Below are positions 39,895-48,196 of a stretch of 48,196 nucleotides of DNA, in pieces. A program made the position numbers and the translations under genes. The notes under the pieces are model-generated. The model had not been told where the DNA came from, did no database searches, and worked only from the letters and a program-made list of their open reading frames with translations. The stretch's first letter is position 1. The number at the start of each line of letters is the position of its first letter. The DNA is from an uncultured Aquiluna sp. (lineage in GTDB: Bacteria; Actinomycetota; Actinomycetes; Actinomycetales; Microbacteriaceae): positions 2,490 to 50,685 of the forward strand of contig CAZQHT010000003.1 in NCBI GenBank assembly GCA_964593635.1, in the 5' to 3' direction.

Positions 39895-40881
39895 GTGAAG
39901 TATTCAGGCCCAACTATCTTTGAATTAGGTGAAAGTGTTGCCCTCTCGAGGGCCGTTGCCAGCTTTAGGCGAGGCGAAAGCACCTTGGTTGGATCTGGTG
40001 ACGATGCCGCAGTTATTGCTAGCGGCGGGAAATACGTTGTCACAACCGACACCATGGTTCAGGATCGCGACTTTAGGCTCGACTTCTCCTCCGGTTATGA
40101 CCTTGGCTTCAAGGCGGTTGCCACAAACCTTGCGGATGTTGCCGCCATGGGCGCTAAGCCGACCGCGCTGGTGGTTGCAATGGTCGTAACCAAGGAGACC
40201 ACCCAGGCCTGGCTCGAGGACTTCGCACGTGGACTGCAGTCTGGGATCGACGTGCTTTCCCCCGGAGCAGAAATTGTCGGTGGTGATTTAGCCCGCGGCA
40301 ATGAGATCGTGATTGCGGTTACCGCTCACGGTGAGCTAGCTGGAGAGCCGGTTTTGCGCAGTGGTGCTCAGGCTGGAGATGTTGTTGCACTTGCCGGCAC
40401 GTTGGGCCGAGCAGCCTGCGGTCTAGATTTGCTGCTTTCACCCGATGAGACTCTTGCGAAGGCTTACGACGAGTGGGTTGCAATTCAACTCCGCCCAAAC
40501 CCACCAATTTCACTCGGGGTTGCTGCGGTTGGTATTGCCACAGCGATGATGGATGTCTCGGATGGTCTTTCCATGGATGCCACCCGAATGGCCAAGGCCT
40601 CTGAGGTGTCGCTAAAGCTCTCAGCCGCTGCTCTAAGCGGTTACGAGGCTGTTCTTGAGCTAGCGGCTCAGTCCATGCAGGCGAGGGGTTTTGAGGCCAG
40701 CGAACGAGACTGGGTTTTGCACGGTGGCGAGGATCACTCCCTGCTGGCCACTTTTCCAGCTGGAACAGCTCTGCCTAGGGGATTCAAAGCCATTGGTGAG
40801 GTTGTGAAGCAGGCCGCACACCCGCTGTATCTTGATGATCAGCCGCTACCAGCTAAGGGTTGGGACTCGGTTACCTCTTAG
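39895..40881 (+). CDS. thiL: Thiamine-monophosphate kinase
   Basis: GDDAA, NLADVAAMGA, GGD, DVSDGL, GGEDH. Confidence 0.93.
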   Translation: MKYSGPTIFELGESVALSRAVASFRRGESTLVGSGDDAAVIASGGKYVVTTDTMVQDRDFRLDFSSGYDLGFKAVATNLADVAAMGAKPTALVVAMVVTKETTQAWLEDFARGLQSGIDVLSPGAEIVGGDLARGNEIVIAVTAHGELAGEPVLRSGAQAGDVVALAGTLGRAACGLDLLLSPDETLAKAYDEWVAIQLRPNPPISLGVAAVGIATAMMDVSDGLSMDATRMAKASEVSLKLSAAALSGYEAVLELAAQSMQARGFEASERDWVLHGGEDHSLLATFPAGTALPRGFKAIGEVVKQAAHPLYLDDQPLPAKGWDSVTS

Positions 40882-41828
40882 GCGTGTAGTTCGGAGTTGA
40901 GTTCAACACCGACACCCTCGCGGGCGATTGCCTCGACCGAACCATTTAGTGAGTTTCTTCTAAACAGCAGACCCGGGAGACCGGAAAGCTCGGCTGCCTT
41001 CACAATCTGAGTTCGGCCATCAACAATCAGGTTTACCTTGGTTCCGGCTGTGACATAGAGGCCAGCCTCGACAATCGAGTCATCCCCGATGGAGATACCG
41101 ATACCCGAGTTAGCACCGAGTAGGGCACGCTTGCCGATTGAAACCTTGTGGGTGCCACCTCCGGAGAGGGTGCCCATAATTGAGGCTCCGCCTCCGATGT
41201 CTGAACCATCGCCAACCACCACACCCTGCGAGATTCGACCCTCGACCATGGATGAGCCCAAGGTTCCGGCGTTGAAGTTCACAAAGCCCTCATGCATCAC
41301 AGTGGTTCCCGGAGCTAGGTGAGCACCTAGGCGCACTCGGCTGGCATCTGCAATGCGGACCTTTTTTGGAACCACGTAATCAACAAGTCTTGGGAACTTG
41401 TCGATTGAGTGCGCCACCACGCCGTGGTTGCGAAGGGTGATGGTGCGGGCCTCAAAGTCAGATAGCGCCATAACACCGCGATTGGTGAATGCAACTATCG
41501 GAAGGTTTGGAATCAAGCCTTCAAGATTGATTGAGTTTGGAACTACCAGAAGGTGAGAGAGCAGGTGCAGTCGGAGGTAGGCATCCTGGGTGGACTCCAC
41601 TGGCTGATCAAGTTGAATCTCGACCCGGATGACTTCGGTGCGAGTGTTTCTAAGCTCGTCGTTTCCAACCATTTGGTCAAGCTCGCGTGGAGAGAACCAC
41701 TGCAGGTCAGACTTTGGTGCCTCGCCAACCTCTGGAGCTGGAAACCAGACATCCAAAATCGATCCATCGGAGGCGATGGTTGCCAGGCCGTGACCCCAGG
41801 CCTTGGTTGATAGGTAGCTTGTGCTCAT
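40878..41828 (-). CDS. dapD: Tetrahydrodipicolinate N-succinyltransferase (actinobacterial type)
   Basis: YLRLHLLSH, DKFPR, VMHEGFVNFNAGT, EGRISQG, LFRRNS. Confidence 0.95.
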   Translation of the reverse strand: MSTSYLSTKAWGHGLATIASDGSILDVWFPAPEVGEAPKSDLQWFSPRELDQMVGNDELRNTRTEVIRVEIQLDQPVESTQDAYLRLHLLSHLLVVPNSINLEGLIPNLPIVAFTNRGVMALSDFEARTITLRNHGVVAHSIDKFPRLVDYVVPKKVRIADASRVRLGAHLAPGTTVMHEGFVNFNAGTLGSSMVEGRISQGVVVGDGSDIGGGASIMGTLSGGGTHKVSIGKRALLGANSGIGISIGDDSIVEAGLYVTAGTKVNLIVDGRTQIVKAAELSGLPGLLFRRNSLNGSVEAIAREGVGVELNSELHA

Positions 41829-41858
41829 TGGCCCAAGAATACAGGTAGCCTTTTTGAC

Positions 41859-42929
41859 ATGTCGCTAGACCCAAAAGCAGATCTTGCTGAACTCACCCTT
41901 GCCATCTGCAACATCGAGTCGGTTTCCGGCAACGAGGCAAAGCTTGCCGATGAGATTGAGCAAGCCCTGAGCCATGCCTCTCACCTGGAAGTATCGCGAG
42001 ATGGAAATGCGGTCATTGCAAAAACCAGCCTTGGTAAATCCAAGCGCGTAATCATTGCCGGTCACATAGACACCGTTCCAGTGGCAAACAACCTGCCTGC
42101 CGTCTTGCATCACTTCGAACGTGAACAGGTAATCCTTGGTCGCGGTTCGGTTGATATGAAGGGCGGGGTAGCGGTCATGCTAAAGCTCGCTATAGAGCTT
42201 GCTACTCCCCGCTACGACATCACCTGGATCTTCTACGACAACGAAGAGGTTGCCTCTGACCTCAACGGACTTGGTCGCATCTCTAGAAACAGCCCTGAGG
42301 TATTGGCGGGAGATTTCGCAGTGCTGTGCGAGCCAACCAGCGCTTTGATTGAAGGCGGCTGCAATGGCACGATTCGAGTCGAGCTAGTCGCCCGCGGCGT
42401 TAAGGCACACTCCGCGAGACCTTGGATGGGCAGCAACGCCCTGCACTCCCTCACCCCAGCGCTAGCAACTTTGAGCGCATTTGAGCCTGAGACCATCGCG
42501 GTCGATGGACTCGAATACCGCGAGAGTCTGAATGCAGTGATGGTCTCCGGTGGCATTGCGACCAATGTGATTCCAGACCTAGCTACTTTGACTGTGAACT
42601 ATCGCTTTGCTCCTTCTCGCACCGCAGCTGAGGTTGAAGCCAAACTCAAGGCGCTGTTTCCCGAGTATGAGCTCGAGATCACTGACTTGGCACTTGGTGC
42701 AAGACCGGGTCTAACCCTTGGAATGGCTCAGGAATTTGCGTCAGTTGTGAAGATTCCGGCTCGGCCAAAGTATGGCTGGACCGATGTGGCGCGCTTTGCT
42801 GAACTAGGTATTCCAGCGGTGAACTATGGTCCGGGGGATCCTTCTTTGGCCCATGCGGATAACGAGAACGTTCCTGTTGGGCACCTTTTTGACTGCCATG
42901 CGGGTCTTGGTGGGTGGCTGCGCGGTTAA
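41859..42929 (+). CDS. dapE: Succinyl-diaminopimelate desuccinylase
   Basis: GHIDTVP, GSVDMKGG, NEE, HSARPW, WTDVARF, LAH. Confidence 0.93.
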   Translation: MSLDPKADLAELTLAICNIESVSGNEAKLADEIEQALSHASHLEVSRDGNAVIAKTSLGKSKRVIIAGHIDTVPVANNLPAVLHHFEREQVILGRGSVDMKGGVAVMLKLAIELATPRYDITWIFYDNEEVASDLNGLGRISRNSPEVLAGDFAVLCEPTSALIEGGCNGTIRVELVARGVKAHSARPWMGSNALHSLTPALATLSAFEPETIAVDGLEYRESLNAVMVSGGIATNVIPDLATLTVNYRFAPSRTAAEVEAKLKALFPEYELEITDLALGARPGLTLGMAQEFASVVKIPARPKYGWTDVARFAELGIPAVNYGPGDPSLAHADNENVPVGHLFDCHAGLGGWLRG

Positions 42930-42996
42930 TCGGGTTGGCTATCTGGCGCAATCTTTGGAATAATTAGACTTCACGCAGTTTTTCGAGGAGTTTGTC

Positions 42997-43170
42997 ATGG
43001 CAGCAATGAAGCCACGCACCGGTGATGGTCCGATGGAAGCTGAGCGCGAACCTCGAGGACTAATCGTTCTTCGTGTTCCTCTAGAGGGTGGCGGCCGACT
43101 GGTTGTTTCTGTCAACGAGGCAGAGGCAAAAGAACTTCACTCAGTTCTTGCCGGCGTAATTAAGAAGTAG
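42997..43170 (+). CDS. DUF3117-family small conserved actinobacterial protein (57 aa, not in the ORF track)
   Basis: MAAMKPRTGDGPMEAEREPRGLIVLRVPLEGGGRLVVSVNEAEAKELHSVLAGVIKK*; GAGGAG RBS; TAGACT -10 upstream. Confidence 0.9.
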   Translation: MAAMKPRTGDGPMEAEREPRGLIVLRVPLEGGGRLVVSVNEAEAKELHSVLAGVIKK

Positions 43171-43173
43171 TAA

Positions 43174-43800
43174 CTACCTCTTATAAACAATTAGCAATCC
43201 GTCGCCAACCATTGAGATGGTCGACGTGAAGTCATCCGAAGTTTCAAAAGCTCTCAAAACCGATCTCATTCCGCTGGTTTGCTCATCTCTGAGCGCAGGG
43301 TTTGGAACTCGATCTCGCCAAAGCGCATGGGCCACGACCAATGCCCCCTTGGGCCTCACAAGAGCAACCGCGGTTGGTAGTAGCTCTTCCAGATATTCGG
43401 GGTCGATGTCTAAAAACACCAGGTCGTATGCCGACTCAGCCATGTTGCCGATAACGGTCGCGGCCTTGCCGGTTATGGTGCGGACTCGATTTGGCTGAAT
43501 ACCACTGGCCTTGAAGTTTTCCTTGGCGACGTTTTGATACTCAGGCTCGGAGTCAATCGTGGTCAGCACGCTGTCGTTCGAGGCGCTTAGTAGCCAAAGG
43601 CTGGAAACTCCTGCTCCGGTTCCAACCTCAACGATGTTCTTCGCGTGACCCAGACCTGCGATAACGGCAAGCTGAGCTCCGGTGGCTGGAGTTACGGACT
43701 CAACGCCGAGCTCATCGGCGTGACGTCTGGCAGCTCGGATTGACTCGGGCTCTAGCGCGTAGTCCTCGGTGTATTTCCAGCTCGAAATTTTGTCAATCAT
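43174..43800 (-). CDS. SAM-dependent O-methyltransferase
   Basis: VEVGTGAGVS, YDLVFLD. Start trimmed to ATG 43800 because the longer ORF overlaps tatB. Confidence 0.85.
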   Translation of the reverse strand: MIDKISSWKYTEDYALEPESIRAARRHADELGVESVTPATGAQLAVIAGLGHAKNIVEVGTGAGVSSLWLLSASNDSVLTTIDSEPEYQNVAKENFKASGIQPNRVRTITGKAATVIGNMAESAYDLVFLDIDPEYLEELLPTAVALVRPKGALVVAHALWRDRVPNPALRDEQTSGMRSVLRAFETSDDFTSTISMVGDGLLIVYKR

Positions 43801-43864
43801 CGTGTGACCAAGTGTAGGTTCGCAGTTTGTAAATGTTCCGTATTCGACGGGGTAAACTCTTGGC

Positions 43865-44221
43865 ATGTTCGGACTCAGCATGGAGAAGTTTCTACTTATC
43901 GTGCTGCTTGCTGTCCTGATTTTGGGACCCGACCGCATCCCCTACTACGCAAAGAAGCTCGGCGAACTAGTTCGCAAGGGCAAGCGCATGCTCGACAACG
44001 CCCAAGATCAGATGAAGAACGAGCTTGGCGATGGCTATGAGGATGTGGATTGGAAGAAGCTTGACCCTAGGCAGTATGACCCGCGAAGAATTGTTCGCGA
44101 GGCGCTGCTTGAGGAGAAGAAAGAGGCCAGAAACATGGCCCAGAAGCTCAACAGTGCGAAGCCACTTCAAAAACCACTAGAGGTTGGCGAAGCAGCACCG
44201 TTTGATCCAGACGCTACCTAG
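43865..44221 (+). CDS. tatB: Twin-arginine translocase subunit TatB
   Basis: N-terminal TM with GPDRIP, LDPRQYDPR, C-terminal FDPDAT. Confidence 0.85.
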   Translation: MFGLSMEKFLLIVLLAVLILGPDRIPYYAKKLGELVRKGKRMLDNAQDQMKNELGDGYEDVDWKKLDPRQYDPRRIVREALLEEKKEARNMAQKLNSAKPLQKPLEVGEAAPFDPDAT

Positions 44222-45693
44222 AGCTTCCCCATTAGCCGGACCAAATTGGTCATCAACGGCGCCATCTTCTTGAAATCTTTCGCTCGGTTTGGCAATCCAA
44301 TCGGAGTTTTGTTCGCTACTCCAATGGTTCGAGTCTCAGTGAAGCGAAGAAGACCTCCGGGTCCTGAACGCCTTCCCATTCCAGACTGCTTCATGCCACC
44401 CATCGGTGCTGCCATCGAGGCCATGGTTGCTCGGTAACCCTCGTTGATGTTCACCGAGCCAGCCATTAGGCGGGATGCCAGGCGCAACGCCTGCTTTGGA
44501 TCTCCAACTACGGATGCGTTCAAGCCAAACTCGGTGTCGTTGGCAAGTTCAACTGCCTCATCTAGGGATTCGTAACCCACCAGAGCGATAACTGGACCAA
44601 AGACCTCTTTGTGCAGAATCTCGGCACCCAGAGGCAAGTCGGTAACCACGGTAGGCGCGTAGAAGTTTGCACCTACTTCAGTCATGATTCGGCCGCCGGT
44701 GACAATTCGCCCACCCTCGGACTTGGCTCGGTCAATAAAACCTGCCACTCGGTTGAGCTGGGCAGTTGAGGTTAGGGCACCCAAGTCAAACTCAAACTTG
44801 TTTGAGTTTCCAAGCGTCAGGGACTCAACCCTGCGCTTGAGAATCTCTTCAAACTGCTGCTTGGCGTGGTTGGGGACGTAAACCCGCTCGATGGATACAC
44901 AAAGTTGACCCGAGTTACCAAAAGCCGAGCCGATGGCTATCTCTGCCGCCTTTTCTAGATTTGCTCCGGGCATCACAATCATTGGGTTCTTGCCGCCGAG
45001 TTCAAGCGAGTAACCGACAAGTCTTCGCGCCGCTCTTTCGGCGACAATCTTTCCGGTCGGGGTGGATCCGGTGAATGCTACGTAGTCGGCATTATCGGTA
45101 ACGGCGTTTCCAACCTCAGCTGGCTCTCCGTAAACAACCCGCCAGATTCCGGCGGGAACGCCCGCCTCGATTGCCAAGTCCCGCGCAAGCATTACTGTCT
45201 TGGCGGTCTGGTTGTCGGCCTTCTGCACAACTGCATTTCCGGCCAAAAGTGCTGGCACAACATCCATCATGGTCAGGGCTAGGGGGTAGTTCCAAGGGGT
45301 GATGATCCCCACGACACCAACCGCCTGTGGTTCGGTGTAAGCCGAAAGCATGACTGGGACACCCGCTCGAACCTTGGTCCTGCGCATGAGCTTTGGTGTC
45401 ACCTTTGCGTAGTAAGCGATTGCTCCGAGAGCTCCGGTGATTTCTTCAAACGCATGGGAGCGGGACTTTCCGGTTTCAAGCTGCAGTTGGTCCATCATTC
45501 GGTCGGCATTCTTTGCCAACAGGTCCGCAAGTCTTGATGCGATCTTGGAGCGCTCTTTAGCCCCCAGGGCTTCCCAGCTTCGCTGTTGAACTTTGGCGTC
45601 CGCAAACTCAAGTGCCACCTGGGCTGCGGAGAAAGGAGTAAGACTGTGTAGCTCAAGGCCGGTCACAGGGTTCACAACGCTAATTGCATTCAT
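44218..45693 (-). CDS. Aldehyde dehydrogenase, succinate-semialdehyde dehydrogenase-like
   Basis: ITPWNYP, FTGST, LELGGKNP, GQLCVS, EVFGP. Confidence 0.85.
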   Translation of the reverse strand: MNAISVVNPVTGLELHSLTPFSAAQVALEFADAKVQQRSWEALGAKERSKIASRLADLLAKNADRMMDQLQLETGKSRSHAFEEITGALGAIAYYAKVTPKLMRRTKVRAGVPVMLSAYTEPQAVGVVGIITPWNYPLALTMMDVVPALLAGNAVVQKADNQTAKTVMLARDLAIEAGVPAGIWRVVYGEPAEVGNAVTDNADYVAFTGSTPTGKIVAERAARRLVGYSLELGGKNPMIVMPGANLEKAAEIAIGSAFGNSGQLCVSIERVYVPNHAKQQFEEILKRRVESLTLGNSNKFEFDLGALTSTAQLNRVAGFIDRAKSEGGRIVTGGRIMTEVGANFYAPTVVTDLPLGAEILHKEVFGPVIALVGYESLDEAVELANDTEFGLNASVVGDPKQALRLASRLMAGSVNINEGYRATMASMAAPMGGMKQSGMGRRSGPGGLLRFTETRTIGVANKTPIGLPNRAKDFKKMAPLMTNLVRLMGKL

Positions 45694-45700
45694 GACTCTA

Positions 45701-46807
45701 TTAACTCAGAGAAATGCCCAACCGCTTCCCACTTAGGCCTCTGGGTTTGCTCGCAATCTCGTTTGCGATTCGAGTGATCTCTTGGCTCACTGGGTGCTCT
45801 GGGTTTGAGACTACGAGCGGGACACCTAGGTCTGAAGCCTCCCTCAGTTCAGCCGCCAGTGGAATCTGTCCTAGTTGGGGAATCGGCTCTCCAGTTAGCT
45901 CACTGAGCGCACTAGCTACAGCCAGACCACCGCCGGAACCAAAAATCTCAACTCGGCTTTCTCCCTGCTGCAGGTAGCTCATGTTCTCAATTACGCCGAG
46001 CACCTCGCCGCCGGTTTGAACCCCAATGGCACCCGAGCGTTGCGCCACTGTCGCAGCCGCTGACTGTGGCGTGGTGACAACCACTGAGCTAGCGCCGGGC
46101 AGCAGTTGGCCCAGGCTGATTGCGACATCGCCGGTGCCAGGAGGTAAGTCCACCACCAGGTAATCAAGGTCGCCCCAGTAGACATCCGTGAGGAACTGCT
46201 CAATGGCCCGATGAAGCATTGGACCGCGCCATGCGACCGGCTGGTTACCCGAAACAAAAAAGCCGATAGAGATGACCTTCACGTCAAAAGCGATTGGCGG
46301 CAGCATCAGCTCATCCACCTTGGTGGGTCCGGTGGTGATTCCGAGCTGACCAGGTATCGAATAACCAAATATGTCGGCATCCAAGAGGCCAACTTTGTGT
46401 CCGAGTTGGGCAAGGGCAACAGCCAAATTGGCGGTGAGGGTTGATTTTCCAACCCCACCCTTACCCGATCCAATGAATAAAACTTTGGTCAGGCTGTGGG
46501 GTTGCGCGAATGGGTTGTAGCGAATTGGTTTGTCACCGCGCAGCTTCTTTTTCAGAGCATCGCGCTCCTCGGCGGTCATTGTGCTCATCGTGAGGTCTAG
46601 CTCGAAGTCCTTGAGCGCTGCCCTAACATCGCGCTCAATCGACTGAGCGGCAGGGCATCCAACGATGGTGAGTTTGATGGTTAGCGAGACTATTTTGGGC
46701 GACTCGGAGTGAATCTCCACCATGCCGAGCTCAGTGATCGGCGCCCTGAGCTCAGGGTCAATGACCCGGCTGAGGAGCTTGAGTGCTTCTGACAAATCGA
46801 ATTCCAT
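45701..46807 (-). CDS. mrp: Mrp/NBP35 Fe-S cluster carrier ATPase
   Basis: VIDPEL and GCP N-terminal domain; GKGGVGKST, DADIFG, WRGP, DLPPGTGD, ENMS. Confidence 0.92.
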   Translation of the reverse strand: MEFDLSEALKLLSRVIDPELRAPITELGMVEIHSESPKIVSLTIKLTIVGCPAAQSIERDVRAALKDFELDLTMSTMTAEERDALKKKLRGDKPIRYNPFAQPHSLTKVLFIGSGKGGVGKSTLTANLAVALAQLGHKVGLLDADIFGYSIPGQLGITTGPTKVDELMLPPIAFDVKVISIGFFVSGNQPVAWRGPMLHRAIEQFLTDVYWGDLDYLVVDLPPGTGDVAISLGQLLPGASSVVVTTPQSAAATVAQRSGAIGVQTGGEVLGVIENMSYLQQGESRVEIFGSGGGLAVASALSELTGEPIPQLGQIPLAAELREASDLGVPLVVSNPEHPVSQEITRIANEIASKPRGLSGKRLGISLS

Positions 46808-46865
46808 CGGTTTAGCTAACAGAGATAACCCTATTCGCTAGCCAAACCTCTGACACAATGCTCTG

Positions 46866-47366
46866 ATGGCAGAAACCAAAAAGCGCAAACTAGGACCGAG
46901 CGTCCCAACCGGTCACGCACTAGGCGAATTCTCTAGCTACCAAGAGGCCAGCGACCTAGTGGACAAGCTGATTGCCGGTGATTTCACCGCAAGCAAGATT
47001 TCAATCATCGGCAAAGACCCCGTCTTGGTAGAGCGAGTCAGATCACGTCTGGGCTATGGCCGAGTTGCTCTATCTGGGGCTGTCACAGGCCTCTGGCTGG
47101 GTGTGTTGGTGGCGCTGCTGGCAGGTACCGGCGTTACTACCGGAGCCGACGGCCAGTTGGACTTTGTGCCTCAGGAGTTCGGAGCGGTTGCGCTGGTCGC
47201 AGCCGGAATCGGTATGTTCGTCAACATTCTTCGCTTTGCATTCAGCAAGACAAAGCGCGGATTTCTCTCAAGCCAGATGCCAATCGCATCCCGCTATCAG
47301 GTGATTGTTCCAAACGAGGATGCTCAGCAGGCGCTAAAGATTCTCTCAGCCGGCACTGCCGAGTAG
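46866..47366 (+). CDS. General stress protein 17M-like membrane protein
   Basis: YQEA..LVDKL....F....ISIIG, two TM segments and a RYQVIV tail; usual position next to aminopeptidase P. Confidence 0.65.
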   Translation: MAETKKRKLGPSVPTGHALGEFSSYQEASDLVDKLIAGDFTASKISIIGKDPVLVERVRSRLGYGRVALSGAVTGLWLGVLVALLAGTGVTTGADGQLDFVPQEFGAVALVAAGIGMFVNILRFAFSKTKRGFLSSQMPIASRYQVIVPNEDAQQALKILSAGTAE

Positions 47367-48196
47367 AGACTCCGCATACCAGGCCTCGATACCCTCTACG
47401 GTTCTTGGCAGGGCAGCACTTAGATTCTCTACTCCGTCTGCGGTGACCAGCACGTCATCCTCAATTCGGATTCCGATGCCCCTCAGCTCCGCAGGAACCT
47501 TCAGGTCATCCTTGTGGAAGTAGAGTCCTGGCTCGATGGTGAAAATCATGCCTGGCTCAAGAATTCCGTCCTGATAAAGCTCTCGTCGTGCTTGGGCGCA
47601 GTCATGCACATCAAGACCAAGGTGGTGGCTGGTGCCGTGAACCATATAGCGGCGGTGGTGCTGACGCTCAGGCTCCAGTGCTTCCTCCGGAGTTACTGGG
47701 ATTAGTCCCAACTCGCTCACCCGACGGGCAATCACCTGCATTGCTGCATTGTGCAATTCCCTGAACTTGATTCCCGGCTTAGCAATTGCAAATGCGGCAT
47801 CTGCTGCCTCAAGCACTGCCTCGTAAACCACACGCTGGGCGTCGGTGAACTTGCCGTTGACAGGAATGGTTCGAGTCACATCCGCGGTGTAGAGCGAGTC
47901 CAGCTCGACTCCAGCGTCAACCAGAATTAGGTCGCCGTCTCTTACCTCGCCGTCGTTGCGGGTCCAGTGCAGGGTGCAGGCGTTAGCACCGCTGGCTGCA
48001 ATGGTTTCGTATCCCAGGTCATACCCTTCGAGCCTGGCGCGAGCGAAGAACGCACCCTCAACCACGCGCTCACCACGCTTTTTCTTAGATGCGATGGGCA
48101 GCGATCTTGCTACATCGCCGAATCCGGCGATGGTGGCGTTGACTGCCTTGCGCATCTCGTTGATTTCGTAGGCATCCTTCACAAAGCGCATTGTTG
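47346..48196 (-). CDS. Xaa-Pro aminopeptidase (aminopeptidase P), 5' partial
   Basis: LVDAG, YTADVTRT, HHLGLDVHD, TIEPGLY, RIEDD. Confidence 0.92.
   Translation of the reverse strand, partial: TMRFVKDAYEINEMRKAVNATIAGFGDVARSLPIASKKKRGERVVEGAFFARARLEGYDLGYETIAASGANACTLHWTRNDGEVRDGDLILVDAGVELDSLYTADVTRTIPVNGKFTDAQRVVYEAVLEAADAAFAIAKPGIKFRELHNAAMQVIARRVSELGLIPVTPEEALEPERQHHRRYMVHGTSHHLGLDVHDCAQARRELYQDGILEPGMIFTIEPGLYFHKDDLKVPAELRGIGIRIEDDVLVTADGVENLSAALPRTVEGIEAWYAESLLGSAG

Noticed and set aside
43801-43938. N-terminal extension of the O-methyltransferase ORF
   Set aside because: It overlaps tatB and its promoter; the recognisable protein starts near ATG 43800

Overview
Compact chromosomal segment from an actinobacterium, most consistent with a streamlined Microbacteriaceae such as the freshwater Rhodoluna/Aquiluna group. 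This assignment is inferred from gene order, tiny intergenic spacers, many apparently leaderless genes and a heliorhodopsin. The housekeeping backbone is ABC-F, hrpA, serA, leuB-ilvE-FAH-gltX-tRNA-Gln, tRNA-Glu, leuCD-murA-plsC-gpsA-ddl, thiL, dapD/dapE, tatB, mrp and aminopeptidase P. Accessory modules are katG; a ROK-regulated xylose ABC uptake plus xylAB operon followed directly by a heliorhodopsin; and a CsoR/CstR-family sulfur locus (repressor, two cytoplasmic rhodaneses, a CoA-disulfide reductase-rhodanese fusion and a divergent rhodanese lipoprotein). The most notable observation is a 40-aa Cys/His-rich microprotein at 19176-19298 that the ORF track missed. It has its own promoter and a perfect 16-bp palindrome, ATACCCCTAGGGGTAT, nearly identical to the operator in the CstR divergon 4.5 kb away, which suggests it is an uncharacterised member of a persulfide/thiol-stress regulon. 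No mobile elements or CRISPR arrays were seen.
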